This document shows, piece after piece, positions 26,101 through 40,689 of a DNA stretch of 64,000 nt (positions are counted from its first letter, which is position 1; every line of letters begins with the position of its first letter). The stretch covers positions 124,001 to 188,000 of the forward strand of contig NC_089430.1 of NCBI RefSeq assembly GCF_026210795.1, in the 5' to 3' direction. The stretch comes from Rhizophagus irregularis (Eukaryota). The notes beneath the pieces are model-generated. The model searched no databases. It saw only the letters and a program-made list of their open reading frames with translations, and was not told the DNA's origin. A program made the translations under genes and the position numbers.

Positions 26101-28559
26101 TAGTGGCAAAAATTTATTTGTCACCCCCGTGACACAAAAACCGCGCCCACAAAACCGGGGTGCTAGCAATGGCCATCATAACGGAATAGATCAGGCGCAG
26201 ATACATCACGGGTTCCATGTTACACATTCAATTATTATATTTCCGATCGCAAAACAAGTTTATCCGTGTTCTATCATTCCATGTTTTTCCGTGAATGTAT
26301 CATTTTCACGAAATTTTTACAGAAATTACGGAGAAATAATGGAAATATTCGAATAAAAATTTTTTATAGGGATGTATCATCGGCAAAATAAATGTTTAAA
26401 AAAATCTTATTTTATGCATTTTTAATTTTATAATTTATTATGATAAACTATTAAGGTACTGTATTTTACTTTCTTTTGCTAATAGATTTATTGTAATTAT
26501 TGGCTTTCTTTAAGTAGATTTTGTTCTTAATTATTTTGATACGTTACAAATACCATTAAACATGCTACAATACTATTCCCAATACATTGTATCATGATTC
26601 AAGTTCTTGGTGTAGTTTGACGATTTTTTAGTGCTCTAATATTATCATTCATCTTTTCCAATAATTTAAATATTTTTAACCATAGATAACATTTCAATAA
26701 AAAGTTTATAATTGCCGAAAATAATCAACCGGATCATATGCACAGATCATGTGTAACCCAGAAACAAACCCGGCTACCATTTTTTTCATGGCGATGCTAG
26801 GGTCGTTTTGCTTTTATTTTTATTATTAAGACAAAGCTAAGCTCGTACATGCTTTAAATATGACTGTTATAAAAAAACAGAAGAAAATTTTGCAATATGA
26901 CAATACGGCGTTGTAGCAATGTAACATCTGTGACATTACGCAGATTTCGAAGATAAATATAAACCGGCGCCTCCGCTTCGGATAATATATTATAATTATA
27001 TAAGCAGAATTATTGAAAAAATTCTCATTAATCAAATATTGATAAGTGTAATCACAAAATAATTCTATCAAAACCCAAAAATTCTATCTATTATATTTGA
27101 AAATTGAAATTATAATTGCAACATTATATATATAAAAAAAAAAAATTATTTCATGAAACATACATATAATCAACTAAAAAAATTCCGATCATTCAACAGA
27201 TTTTTGTTGGGTAAAGATAACGAAGCGCTGCGGACTAAATTATATTACATTATATTACTTTGTTAGACCAAAATAAGTTTTTTTAAGGTCGGAAAATTCT
27301 TTGATTAATGTTAATTTGCACGGGAAGTTTTTTTTTAAGTTCAAAGTATTAATATTATAGGGAACGGTTTCAGAAAGTCCGGAGCATAAATGAGCCAATC
27401 ACGCATCGACCCAATTTTTTGAGAGATGGACATTTTTGGGAAACCTTTGTGAACTCTTGCTTATCCTGTAAGTAAGATTTTAGAGATCGAATAAATGATC
27501 GCTTTTTATTTTTTCATATTAAAAAATTTAAAAAATGAGTAAAAAGCTTCAGAATTACATTTGAAAGATAATATTGATATTATAGATAAATTAAAACTTT
27601 TCTCATTTGGAAAATGCAAATCTTTCTGAATTACACAAATTTTTAAAACCATCTATTATTGTATAATCAATAGTTAATTTTTACTACAAAATCTCCTAGG
27701 AACGAATAAATAAATACATGTAAAACTTGCTATCCGGCAGGTATAACTAAATGGTGCCTAAAGATATAATAAAATTAGCAGATTTTAGACGCTTATGTCA
27801 AAAAGGATTTAGTTCATGTCGAAGGCGTGTGATGCATGGATTTTATTGATCCTGAAAATTGATAACGAAAATGAATCAACAGCACTGACTTGCCAAATTT
27901 GCAATGAATGTAAAGAATGTGACATATACACAAAGCAAATATACAGTATATATATATATATTATATTTTTTCGTTTACTAAGAATGCAACGATGTTGTTT
28001 GAGTATTTTCTTATTATTTATATCAAAGTAGAATTTTCTTAAAAATAATACTTAAATGAAATTTGCCCGTTCAATGAAATAAATATAATTATATATAAAC
28101 AATTAATAGCATATGTCAAATTATAAATCTATAAATTTGCCTTAAAATAACTTCAGGTGATATACTGTACGTCCTTATTCTGATATTTATTATCGTGAAT
28201 GGTAACACAAAAGTTTATTAGCTTATTATTAATTACTGTTAATTTTTTTAAATTATTTCTCGAATATAAATGTAAAGTTTTGTTTACTTAATTTAGTAAT
28301 GTCATTGTTTTTAAAAAATCACGAATAAATTATGTGATAGAATTTTATGTAGATCTAAATTCGTTTAAAACTCGTTTAAAAAGGAAAGAGAATATTCCGT
28401 TAAGGATACCAATGACCTAGGAATTTAAGAGTTACCCTCGTTGCAGATAAATGGGATCATCAAAACAATAATTAAAGAAATAATATTAAAGACAAACAGA
28501 TTCAATATCTAACTGTTTCATGAATAATACATGATGTAAGCATTGCGAACTGCAAAGCG

Positions 28560-30373
28560 TATAAATCAGGACGTCATCGTTGGAGGATCGTAAGAGCCTA
28601 GTCCATGCATCAATTGCATCATGGCTAAAGTTTAATCGATCAGGTGATTTTCAAATTTTAACTTTACTTCTTTTGGATCTTCGACATTAACCAAAAAAAA
28701 CAATTAGAGATTTTCCTTGAATTTCCATGAGAATCACCATAGAGTACTATAGCAATGCCTCCAACAAACTCCTATTTGATTACCAAAAGAAAGAATTAAT
28801 AAAGTTAATAAAGTTTATAGTCAAAGTGTAAATAAGGTATGCCTACCGAGTTACCGACCTGTTACTAGAGTGACCTATTTGTTACGTGACCTATCGATGA
28901 TCAATGTTCTAAATTAACATATTAAACATATTAAACATGTGGCATATATTCAATATACTCAATTTATTTAATATATCTATTTTTATTATCTCACAAATAT
29001 ACACTTTATTTTATTTTTTTTAGAGTTTTAAGTTTTATTGTGGTCTATCCTTTATTCGTGTCTGATCTTGATTGGATATTATTGATTAATATTTGTTATA
29101 TTCGTCTTCTGCATAAGTCTACTAAAATCTACTGACAATACTAACCTAAGGCACCACCAGCTGATCCAATAGCACTTTTAATAGTAGGTGAACTATATTT
29201 AAGCTTGTAAATAAAATAATTTAATTGTTAATTTAATGTTTAGAAAAAAACTTCTTAATAAAGTGGCTAATTACTATTCTTCAGTTGTTGAAACAATCTC
29301 GAAGTGCGTGAAACATGAAAGTCATCCAAACTTACATATTTCCTATCATATATCTTTGACTACTCTGACTACTATCATCATCATCATCGTCGTCATCATC
29401 ATCCAACTCATTATACTGTAATGTACAATCTCCTATCTGAAGTATTTTGAAATATTTGAAGTATTTGATGTTGTAGTTTTTGTGGCGAAATATAAGCTTT
29501 ACAACATGTTTAGTATCAAATGAACATCTGCGAGGGTCTATCCATTTGATCATCTCCAAATATCTTTCTAGAAATGTTAAATCAATTGATAATTTTTTTA
29601 CTTGATTAGATACCCATTCAGATAAATCAGTAATCAGCAATTTTCGTAAATAGGAAAAACTTTTGATGAATAGCTTGACCAGTTGACAAACGTATCTGAA
29701 CAAGAGCAGTGTGAAAGTTTTGACGTTTCAGGTTGGGAAGCATTTGAGCTGCGTTTACCAATATTACTTTATTTACTTCCACTTATTTGATGTACTAACT
29801 TTCGTTGTTTATTCCTTATCCAATCTTTTTTGATTGCCAACAATGCTTTATTATTATTACGAGCTTCGCTCTTCTGTTCTTAGCCTTCTTCGCTGCTTTT
29901 ACTACTTTAGCTCTACTTTCTTTGGTATATTATCAGCTGGTTGTGAATGACGAGATACCAAAACTGGTTGCGGAACTGGTTGCGGAAATAAACTCGACTG
30001 TTAAATTATTTAATTATTAGTAAATCTAAAATTGTAATTGAAGAAAGACTTTATCGCTAAAATATTACCGTAGCAGTATCAAGCGACATCGGGACAACAT
30101 CGTTGGAAAGGAGAGTGTTGTAGTAGGATGAGAAACTCCCGAGTTCGGATCCTTAAATACTTTCACTTTAAAGTATAATAATAATTAACAAAATATAATT
30201 AAACCAATTAAATCATCAGTATTTATTGTTATGTACAGTATTATGTATTATGTTGTTACCACTCGGTAGCATCTTTATAGTTCTATACATGCAACTGCTT
30301 TTCGACAAATTCATTCGTCAAAACCAAAAGAAAGTAATTGAGTCAACATAATATCTTGTTGAATTGAATCCAT
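28560..30373 (-). pseudogene. Decayed multi-exon UBA-(coiled coil)-UBX-like gene
   Basis: N-terminus MDSIQQDIMLTQLLSFGFDE*ICRKAV...DATEW is UBA-like. ALVQIRLSTGQAIHQKF near 29660-29710 is UBX-like. Contains stops and frameshifts; the downstream limit is approximate. Confidence 0.45.
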
Positions 30374-30659
30374 TTTAAATTATTTGACTGAATTTTTACA
30401 AACAATAATATTGTGCAATTTAACTATTAAAAGAAAAGCTTTGTTATAATATAAAAGTTATTTTTTAAAAAAAAATAAAATTAAAAGAACCGGCTTAAAA
30501 CAAACCTAACCAAATAACGATCAACTGAAAGGAAATAAGAATATGTTAATTTATCTTTCATAATTGTTGATCACGTGTTTGTGACACTTAAAAGAAAATT
30601 GATTCGATCAATCTAATGATCGACCTACTCTCCGTTCAGACTAAACTAGCAAAATTGCA

Positions 30660-32850
30660 ATGAAAGGGTAATTACTTTCAAAATATTTGTCTTTGGAGTA
30701 AAGTCAAATCAAATTTGGAAGGAAAAATACGGTAAATACAAACTCAAAAAGCATAATGAAATCGAAAAATTAAATAATAAACAAAAAAATTTGAAGGTAA
30801 TGATGTTGAAAATGTATATTGGTTAATTTTATATATAATTAATTTTGCCTTTTATGTTAGAATGAAGTTAATTAATAATGCCTGTAGACCTCAAAAATCA
30901 ATATAAGGATTCGGAACTGTTGCGTTTTGATGTTTATGTCTCTCCGGCAAATCAAAAAAAAAAGTGGAAATGGATTCCAATCGAGATTTCATGATGGTTC
31001 AAGTACGTTAGAAAAAGCGATTAATGGAACATTAAAATGACTGCAGCTAATCAACGTGGATCAGTGGATGTACCATGTTTTTTTTATTTTGTTATTAATA
31101 AATAAGTTAAATCAAGTATGATTCATTTTATAATTCATTCAAATTAAATTGAGATAAGTTATTTGATTAGGTATAGCGAATTCCACTATTGCGCTTACTC
31201 CTTTGATTTGAGATGAATTAGTAAGTAACAAGGCATTTTTGAGTTTTCTATTTTTTTTTTTTTGAATTAATTTTTAATGTCAATAATTACTTTAAGTACT
31301 CTAGAAACTCGTCAACTTATTGCTGAAGAAGCCATCAACTGAATATCAATGCATCTGGAACGACATTTAACCATCACTGGTGCAAAATCAGAAATGTTAT
31401 TGCGAGATATGGCTGACTGGTCCAAGCAGAAAGTATTGAATTATATCAAAGAGGGAGACATGTATGTATATTTTTGAATAAGTTAATTATAAGAATAAGC
31501 TTATATTTATAACGATTCTCACATCACTTAAGTTCCAGAGGAGAATATATTATTATAAGTTTCTTTGATGGTCAATATATGCTGTATATGGGATAGTGGA
31601 TCTTTTGCTACAGACGTCACGTACGCCGGCACGCCAGTCAGTTAAGCTTTAGTAACACATGTAGAATAATAATAATGTCAAAAATGGTAGAATAATCTTA
31701 ATCGTTGGTAAGTAAATGCAATTGTTTTATTATCATAGGTCGGGATATATGATGTTTCATTTTAATAGCTTAATTCAAATCTATAAAATTGGAGTTGAAG
31801 ATACTGTAAGCGAAAACTTTGATTTTATATAATGTTATCAGATATGTTATTTTTGAACTATTTTATACTGAAACATAATAATATAAGCAAAAAAGGATAA
31901 AATAAGGGAAAAGAGAGGAAAATAAGAGAGAATCAGAGAGGGTAGGATTATTGGTTTTTTCTTCAAATGGGCGACTTCTGATTATTAATATTTTTTAGAG
32001 TAAACCACAATTTCATCATCTCAACGTATTGAATCATGGATGAGTTCTTTATTGGAATTACGATTGTAATTAATTAACTATTGATGTTTTGAACGAATTA
32101 TATATGGGTTGAATTTTTGATCTCTCCTAATAGAAAATTTATTGCAACAAATTCAATCGAAGTAAAAGAAATTTAGTGGCATGTAATTTGGAAGCTTTGA
32201 CACCTGATATTGTAAGTACGTATATCGATTTATTATGTTATTATTATACTGACGTCTTTTTTTTTTGTTTCAACATCAATATTGTGATTTTTCTACTTCA
32301 AAAAGTATATTCATTAAAATACACTGAATTTCAAATACCATCGCCATTCTTGCTCAAAGGCATTTTAATGAGGAAGAAATCTCCAAATTGTTATTGGATC
32401 AGGGGCTAAAGTAGAAAATGAATCCAAATATGAAAAAAGAATGGGTTACATTAACGATACGTCTTCAGTGAATATTCCAGCTCCTTCAGGGTAAATGTAT
32501 ATAATTATAGTGGCTTATTAAGTTATAGTGATTAATAATAATTTTTTTTTTAGAAACGATATTCGTTATTTAGAGGTCTTCGATAATTTTTTGAAATCTA
32601 TAAATTTGCAGGTTTATCAATATTTCTCTATCTAGATATATTTGAAGTACTGTATAAATAATTTCATTTTTAGGGATTATCTTCAAGGGAGGAGAGAAGA
32701 GAGGAGAGATTGATTGAAAGACTGCATCAATTACCTGACAAGTATAGGTAGATATCGCTTACGGATAATTTCAGAAGAAATAAAATATTAATGTGATGTA
32801 CATTATCAGATAGAACAATTGTTTAATTTTTATTTTTACATATAATCAGT
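30660..32850 (+). pseudogene. Decayed multi-exon gene, product uncertain (C-terminus weakly RhoGAP-like)
   Basis: Alternating coding-like blocks and GT-AG introns. LIERLHQLPDKYR...FLFLHI near 32710-32840. Confidence 0.3.
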
Positions 32851-35190
32851 CCTATGTTATTAAAAGAAAAAAAAAATGGAATAATTAAACGATCATTTTT
32901 GGAATTTATTCAATATAAAATGCAATTTTTTAACTGTAAAAGTGAAATATTATTAAAATTTATGATTTTAATGCTTTCTTGTTTTGATAACTTTTTTGTA
33001 TAATATTTTTTAATATACGCCGTTTGACACAAACGATAGTTAATATCAACTGCATACGATCGTTATAATTGGATGTTATTTCCATTTTTTGTATATTTTT
33101 TGCATATAATTATATCACATTTACTACTAACTATACTACCTTCGTATTTAAATCTTAATCTCATATTCAAGTATTCCTAGTTTCAATCTCAAACGACTCG
33201 TTTTTTATTTAGCATCGCCTCTATCCACTTTTTTACTTTGATTTAATATGAATTCTCTTTTGAACGACATTTTAAATCTTTAAATTAAACATATTAAATC
33301 ACTATTCTCATCTACTTCATATTTTTTTCTTTTATCTTCTTTAGAAATAGCATTTCTTCACCACGCTCCACCACGCTCTTTCAATTGTATTTTTTTTGCT
33401 TCTATAACAATTTCTTCCATAAAATTGCCTATTAAACCACAACGGTTTTCTGTCACTAATTGTAAGATATACATTATTTTTGTAGATTTTAAACTTTGTA
33501 AACTTTGAAGTAAATTTTCTCATTTAACATTTCATCAATTGTTATAAATCCTTCGTCTACTATATAACCTTATATCATTATTATTTAAACACAATAGAGC
33601 AATTGAAACCAGAGAAACCACAATCGCAATTTCTAACAAAATAAATAACGTCTAAATAGCCATATATTTCGCTTATTATTGGCAAACAGAATATTTTTTT
33701 AAATATACAACCATTAAACCTTTAATTGATTCTATTTTTACTTTCATTACTTTTCCTAAATCTCTTTCATCACATAATAATTTAGAATACATGATATTTT
33801 AATTTCATTACGTGACGAAATTAAAAAAAAATTGATCGCGAAAATTTGAATGCAAAAATTTATAAAAAATACTGTATATATTGTTTTTAATAAATTTTTT
33901 TTATTAAAGTGATTGCGACTTTATTGTAAAGTTACACGAAAATTAATGAAAATTTTTTAATGATTGGAATGATCGAAATAAGATGATAAATAAAAAAATT
34001 TGATAAATTCTAAATAATGAAATATACGACTGTCATTAATAAGTCATCTAATATTAAAAAAAATAGACATTTTATCATATTATATTGCTCCCCCCCCCCC
34101 TTTGGAAATTTTATATATATTTTTTATATCATACATCCTTAACATTATTATATTTTAAAATGGAAATTTAGATCCCTTCAATGATAAATAAAAAGCAGCT
34201 GAAAATTTATTGAAAGAATGTTATGCACAATCTTTAATTATAATGACATTGCTAAATGTCCAAATAAAAAAATAAAAATAAAATTTCAGTACGTTGATAT
34301 GATATTCAAAAACAAATATCAATGATAAATCTCATCATAATTTGATGGCTAAATTTAATATGACATAAGAGTGTTACAGGAAATTTTAAATCGCAATTTT
34401 GTTGTAAAACTTTTGAAAAAAAATTTGCCAAATATCATTCCTATATTTTGATAATGACAAGATATAAGTCAAAATAAAAGTTCCTAAATATGTTAATCAT
34501 TATTCATATAATAAAATGATGCAAATTTTGAATAAAATAATAGAAATCTTTGTCAAGTTAACCATAAAAAAAAAATATATATTTACATATTTAGTGAATT
34601 TTATTGTTTTTAATAATATTCATTTACTATTCAACAAAATATTAGAACTGGCTTTTATTTTATATTTTATTAAACTACTGTATGCTATATTAAACTGGTC
34701 TTTTTTACCAAACTTGATTTTTATGACAACAATATCCACACCATTGCAATATAGATTAGTGTTTAGATTCCATACATTTGATGAATTTTATCATTCCATT
34801 CACTAGCAAAAAAGAACACGATAATTTTTATGATAAAAGAAACTTGGATACTTTATTTTATAATATAAATAATAAAAGTTAAAATTACATATACTGTAAC
34901 TATCCTGTACATAACTATCTAATAATTAATATAAAACTATTGTCTCTTGAGGCACTAGTACCAGAAGTACTGAACAAACTCTTTTAATTCTTTACAGTCA
35001 TTACTTACAGTAATACGGTATAGAATGCTTAATAATAAAGGATGAACAAACAGATTATTTTCATATAATAAATTTCATTCCATTATCCATATATATTATT
35101 ATAATCTTTTAATTGTTCATTTTAAGTTTTTATTTCAAAAAATTTTTCAAATAGCTTAATTTCATTTGCTTTTCAAAATAATCATATCTC

Positions 35191-36558
35191 CTAGGTTATC
35201 CTCCCTGCTTTGTTATAATATTCATGTGATTTGCTTAAATTTATTTCAGTTCCTATTCCATGTAAATAACATTCACCCAGTTTATACATAGATTCAATGT
35301 TACCTTTATCAGCTGCTTCTTTATATGATTTAAATGCTTGAACTTCATTTTTTTCAGTCCCTATTCCATACTGGTAACAATATCCAAGTTTAGTATTTGA
35401 ATTAATCTGCCCCCTTTCAACTGCTTTTTTATATAGTATAAATGCTTTATTTTCATCTTTTTCAGTTCCTATTCCATTCTGATAACAATATCCAAGATTA
35501 TTTATTGAATTAATATTATTTTTGTCAGCTGCTTTTTTATATAATTCAAATGCTTTAATTTCATCTTTTTCAATTCCTATTCCATTCTGATAACAATATC
35601 CAAGATTATTTATTGAATTAATATTATCTTTGTCAGCTGCATCTTTATATAATTCAAATGCTTTAATTTCATCTTTTTCAGTTCCTATTCCATTCTGATA
35701 ACAAACTCCAAGACTATGTATTGAATCTCTATGGCCTTTTTCAGCTGCTTCTTTATATAATTCAAATGCTTTAACTTCATTTTTATCAGTCCCTCTTCCA
35801 TAATAATAGCATTCTCCAAGATTATATATTGAATCAATATGACCTTTTTTAGTTGCTTCTTTATACAATTCAAATGCTTTAACTTCATTTTTATCAGTTC
35901 CTCTTCCATAATAATAGCATTTTCCAAGATCATGTATTGAATCAATATGACCTTTTTCAGCTGCTTCTTTATATAATTCAAATGCTATAACATCATCTTC
36001 CTCAGTCTCTCTGTAATAATAATAGCATTCTCCAAGAGCATGTATTGAATTAATATGACCTTTTTCAGCTTCTTTATAAAATCCAGTAGTTATTTCAATT
36101 CTAGTTTGTTTTAATAAACTTGATTGAGTATTATTATTCATTTGCATTTTTATTTCTTCCATTTTTTCTCTATTTGGTAATTTAAATGATGTCTGAAGGC
36201 GTTTAAAAAATCGAATAATAAGTGGATTATCAACAAAAGAAAAGGAAATTTCAGCTAAAGATAATGCTTCAGTTAGTAAGATCTCAAGAGATTGTTGTTC
36301 CTTTTCCCTTGTATGGTCATTAAAGTTACCAGTTATTGATGTAGTATTTTGTTGTCCAAATTGTGATTTTACATTATATGGTGCATTTGAACATTTATAA
36401 TCAAGATGTGCTTGCATTCGTTCAGGAACACCTCGTTTAAATTCTTTTAAACAATAACTACATTTTACAGGGGGATGCTTGTCAACACTTTTATCCTCTA
36501 TAGTAAAATGTTCCCAAACAAGTTTCTTTTTTCTCTCTTTTCTCTCTTTTCTTATCAT
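35191..36558 (-). CDS. BED zinc finger / hAT N-terminal fragment fused to 8 Sel1-like repeats
   Basis: VWEHF...CSYC...MQAHLDYKC (BED), then ISFSFVDNP...FFKRLQTSFKLPNRE (hAT N-terminal domain), then eight 36-aa LGxCY...AFELYKxAAxxG repeats. Uninterrupted 455-aa ORF. Confidence 0.9.
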   Translation of the reverse strand: MIRKERKERKKKLVWEHFTIEDKSVDKHPPVKCSYCLKEFKRGVPERMQAHLDYKCSNAPYNVKSQFGQQNTTSITGNFNDHTREKEQQSLEILLTEALSLAEISFSFVDNPLIIRFFKRLQTSFKLPNREKMEEIKMQMNNNTQSSLLKQTRIEITTGFYKEAEKGHINSIHALGECYYYYRETEEDDVIAFELYKEAAEKGHIDSIHDLGKCYYYGRGTDKNEVKAFELYKEATKKGHIDSIYNLGECYYYGRGTDKNEVKAFELYKEAAEKGHRDSIHSLGVCYQNGIGTEKDEIKAFELYKDAADKDNINSINNLGYCYQNGIGIEKDEIKAFELYKKAADKNNINSINNLGYCYQNGIGTEKDENKAFILYKKAVERGQINSNTKLGYCYQYGIGTEKNEVQAFKSYKEAADKGNIESMYKLGECYLHGIGTEINLSKSHEYYNKAGRIT

Positions 36559-37038
36559 TTGGTATAGTAGTGTGTAAGAAATTTAAAACTGTTTCCAGCA
36601 AAAAAATAAATATATAACAATGATAAGGAGATGGCGTAAATGAAGACTTAAATGATTTGTAATTATATGACAAGTCGATAAATAAGGTTGACCAAGTTTA
36701 TTCTTTCACTTGTGTCTATTTTTGTTTAGTAATGGATAAAAGTGAGTAAAGTTCCCGTGAGGAAAAAAAAAAGTGGGGAGTAAGGGGCTTTCATTTTCTG
36801 CATGAAGGCGCAAGGTTCCACAAGTGTACAGTTTCACGACATTTTTTCTGTATGAAATCACGATTAATGATCTTTTATAACGTGGCACAGTAAAAAGGAA
36901 TTTACAAAGACTTAATAAACTAAAATTACTGGTAAGTTTTTTTTTCATTTTTTTCATTTATAGCAAAAGGCTTTTATTTTTCATAGATAATTATTTAATG
37001 GAAAAATTTTATTTAAATCGTCACACGTCACTAACAGG

Positions 37039-37561
37039 TAGTGTTTCGATCCGGATAGAAACCGTTATACGGATAATTAAAAAAATTATCGGATAGAAAC
37101 CGGAAATCCGTATAGGATAATATATTATATTATATAAAAATTTACCTTTTGTTTAATAAATACATAATATTTATTTGATTAAATTGATGATATTATTTAA
37201 TTAAAATTACAGTATTTAATTGATTTAATAAAGTGTATTCGAGTTAAATTAAATTATAATTTCAATCGGCATTATGAGTTTTTACCTTTCTTACCTGAAT
37301 TAGTGAATTATGCTATCAGTTTCAAAATTGCTGCGCCATTACTATTATGGTAGTTGATCCCGAAATCGAAAATCGAATTTTTTGATTTAGAGAAAAAATT
37401 TTTTTACAAATTGTATTATCTGGATTCTGGGTCAAATCCGGATATTATTAACTGGATATTTTATCCGGATAAAACTGCAATTATCTGGACATCCGGAAAA
37501 AATAAAATTGTCCAGCAGTCCAGGTTCATCCGGTTGAACTCGGTCACGGATCGAAACACTA
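37039..37561. mobile_element. hAT-family MITE related to the 5724-17515 element
   Basis: TIRs TAGTGTTTCGATCCG / CGGATCGAAACACTA and ATCCGG subterminal motifs. No intact TSD. Confidence 0.75.
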
Positions 37562-39602
37562 ATGATAAATACCATAGCCCAAATTTATTTATTGTCATCA
37601 CGGCGAATTTATGAAATATTGCAAGCCCAGCTCATATATATATCCAATTTTCTCATTATCTAACCAATCTTTTCAATATTAGGTTGCGTCATTATTTGAC
37701 ATATTTTTTATAATTATAATATATGAGAAAAGCCTAAATGAATTCCCAAGGGCGCAGCAGGGTTTTGCTTAATTTCATAAATCAGCCGCAATAATAAACA
37801 TAAATGATTTATCTTAAACTCATTATAAAGTTAAATTACAAAGTCAAAACATAAAAGAAGCGATTTTGTGTATAACTTCTTCGATTTAAATAAGGATTCT
37901 GAAAAAAAAAAAGTTGAAAAGTTTTAAAATCTTGTTAATAACAAATTATGTCATGTACCGATTAACAGCATTGTCCGCAGTAACTTAAATAAATATCGTT
38001 CGTGTTGTTTGTAGATCAAGATTTTACGTACAGTATATAATGAATCATTTTAATTTCATGACATCAAAATCTATTTCGATATTAATATGAATAACTAAAT
38101 AATTTATACTTTTTTTATACTTTGGTAACATTTTAAACTATTTTAAAATTGGTATAAATAAACGTTAAATCTTTACAAAGATAATTTTAACTTGTTGATT
38201 TATTTATTTACATATTATAGGGGAAAAAAAGATCGCAGTTACATTATATGTTCCAATGTCTTCGCCAAACGAAATCAAGTCTCCAAGAAAAGATATACGA
38301 AAAGTGAAATTATAAATGTCTTACAATATATTCTTAATCATTATGATGATTGGAATAACAAAGATAAATCAAAGTTAGAGCTTTAGATCATCATATGAAA
38401 AATCGTACTCATATGCAATGCACTTTAAAATTGGCAGATTACAATTCGAATATAAGAATTGTGGTAGAGCTATTGGCTATTCGAATACGATTAATGATAT
38501 GGTGGCGAGAATACTTAATGGAGAAATTGCTACAGTTAAAATTAAGAAAGAGATAATTTCTAATGATGAACAAATTATCGAAGGTAATGGTATAATAAAG
38601 TTAGGGTAGGGAATTCGGAAAAGTTGGCGGCTAAAAAGATATTCTCTAATAAATCGAATTTCTTACCTTCATTTATAGTCATGGAAGAACCCGCTTCGCA
38701 AGAAGGTGAATTAAATGAGATTCTCAAACACAATTACTTGTGATCTAAGCAATGGTCATAAACTATCGGGATTGTCCAACGAACAATTTGAAACTACTAT
38801 CGTGCCTCCAAATAATGAATTTGGCGATTTTCTCTCGTTGATTCAAGCTAATTGCGCACAAATATCAAGGTATAATAGTGAAATATATAAGATGAAATTA
38901 CAAGAAATTCGAGAAAAATGCCAAGAGGTCAAGGACGAAACCAATAAAGAAGAATTGAGAAAATTAATCAGTCATATACTGAAATTTTATATTTATTAAG
39001 TCAAATAGAAGTTAGAATGGCGGAAATGCAAAGTGAATCATTTAAAAGTAATCAGATTAGGCGGTTGAATTGATTAGACGGTTGGATTGCGATTACGAAG
39101 ATTCAATCTATGCTTAAAATGAAAAATAATAACTTGTAACAACAAATATGTAATTTTCTGCTATTTTTATATTAGAAAATACATATTTTTGACAGTTGGA
39201 TGAATAATTGCAAAAATCCACATACCAGAGTGATTATCGACTTGTATGTAGAGTAGTAAATTTATATCATTTATCCGTATAAAAATGTATAAACTGAAGT
39301 ATTATAGCTTGCATCCCGTTATCAGTGTTTTGCAATTCTCGCAGAGGATCTTACACTATGATAAATTAGGCAATACAAAGAAAATTTCCAATAATAATTT
39401 TTCTCGCCTTAATATTTTCTATTATTGTCAAACACTCAAATCAGATATTCAAGTTTTGGTTTACATTAAATAAATTTTGACAATTTCGAGAGGAAGATTT
39501 TAAGAAGCTATAAATACTTAATCATCATAATTAGTTAAACGTCTTAATTAATTAATTAATCGATTGTCTTTAAATTCTTTAATGTCATTATGAAAAGAAG
39601 TA

Positions 39603-39790
39603 CTCTTTCTAAAGTTACACTACGCCCATATTCTAGTTTATGCTTATCTTTAAAAAACCTCCAATCGGGTTCTGATAAATATAAAGTTTTACTCTTTTTG
39701 TCTATAATTTTTTCTAAAATAATCTTTTCTTCACCTTCTCTTGCTATTACGACAAACAAACTTCCGCCAGTAATACTATTATTATCGGTC
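39603..39790 (-). pseudogene. 188-bp duplicated fragment of the MACPF-like gene
   Basis: Near-identical to 20441-20628 (IILEKIIDKKSKTLYLSEPDWRFFKDK). Confidence 0.9.
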
Positions 39791-40689
39791 AAATATTAGA
39801 GAAAGAAATGGTAGAATACTTTATTATAAGAATTTAAAGGATATTGTGAAATATTAGATGAAGATAAAGAATATGTATAATCACCTTGTTGATTGAGTAT
39901 TTAAGGAAAAATTATTTCTGGTATTGATAATATAATAAGATATAATAAGAGAAATTCAAGATGATGTAATCTTAAAGCGATAATGTACCGTGCCATCAGA
40001 AAAAATAGCATTTCCCTATTTCGTATACGTGTATTTTCAAATATATAATAAAGCATTTCCCATATCGGGTTTGTTTTCTGCATGCGTTAAATCAAAGATT
40101 GTAGGGTGAAAATTTAACATTCTTAAATAAATTATTAATTGAAAATCTCGTGACTGAAATTTTGGCCGGGGGCCTTCTAAAATTTTACAAGGGGAGATTA
40201 TTCCTTGATTGCTATTGATGAGTACTGTGCCGTTTTTTCTGTGCAATTTTATTGATATATTACGAGTTAGTTTCCCATACATCGTTATACCTTTGTGTTA
40301 TCTTTGATTGCCAATAATGTAGCTCAATTATTCATTTCGAGATTGTAGGATAACAATATAATACTTTTAATTCTGATGTTTAGTAGCAAAAACTTTGTTT
40401 TTATTTCTTAATGTGAGGCCGATATCTAAACAATTAGCATTAAGTAGTATTGAGCTTTTATTGGTGAGTGATTCCTCCTCTAATGTTCACTACAATAATA
40501 TGGACATTTATTTCCCCATTTTATAAAAATAATAGATTTTTATTTGTTTAAGCAATTGTCTGTTGTATTGTATTATATAAATTTAGCTATTGCGAAAAAG
40601 ACAAATCTTACATCTAGCATAAAAACCAATAAAAAGCATTTAAAAAATTTTCTCTTCCACTCTATTTCTGATTTTTATCTCTATTCCAT

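Noticed and set aside
25555..26370. CACGTG/GTCAC-rich palindromic segment and a lone TTTTTATAGGG end
   Set aside because: Probably TE end remnants, but I could not establish paired termini or a TSD.
35685..35981. 98-aa alternative-frame ORF
   Set aside because: Off-frame shadow of the Sel1 repeats.
37948..39140. Fragmented plus-strand ORFs
   Set aside because: Likely a decayed gene, but no family motif was recognised, so no call was made.
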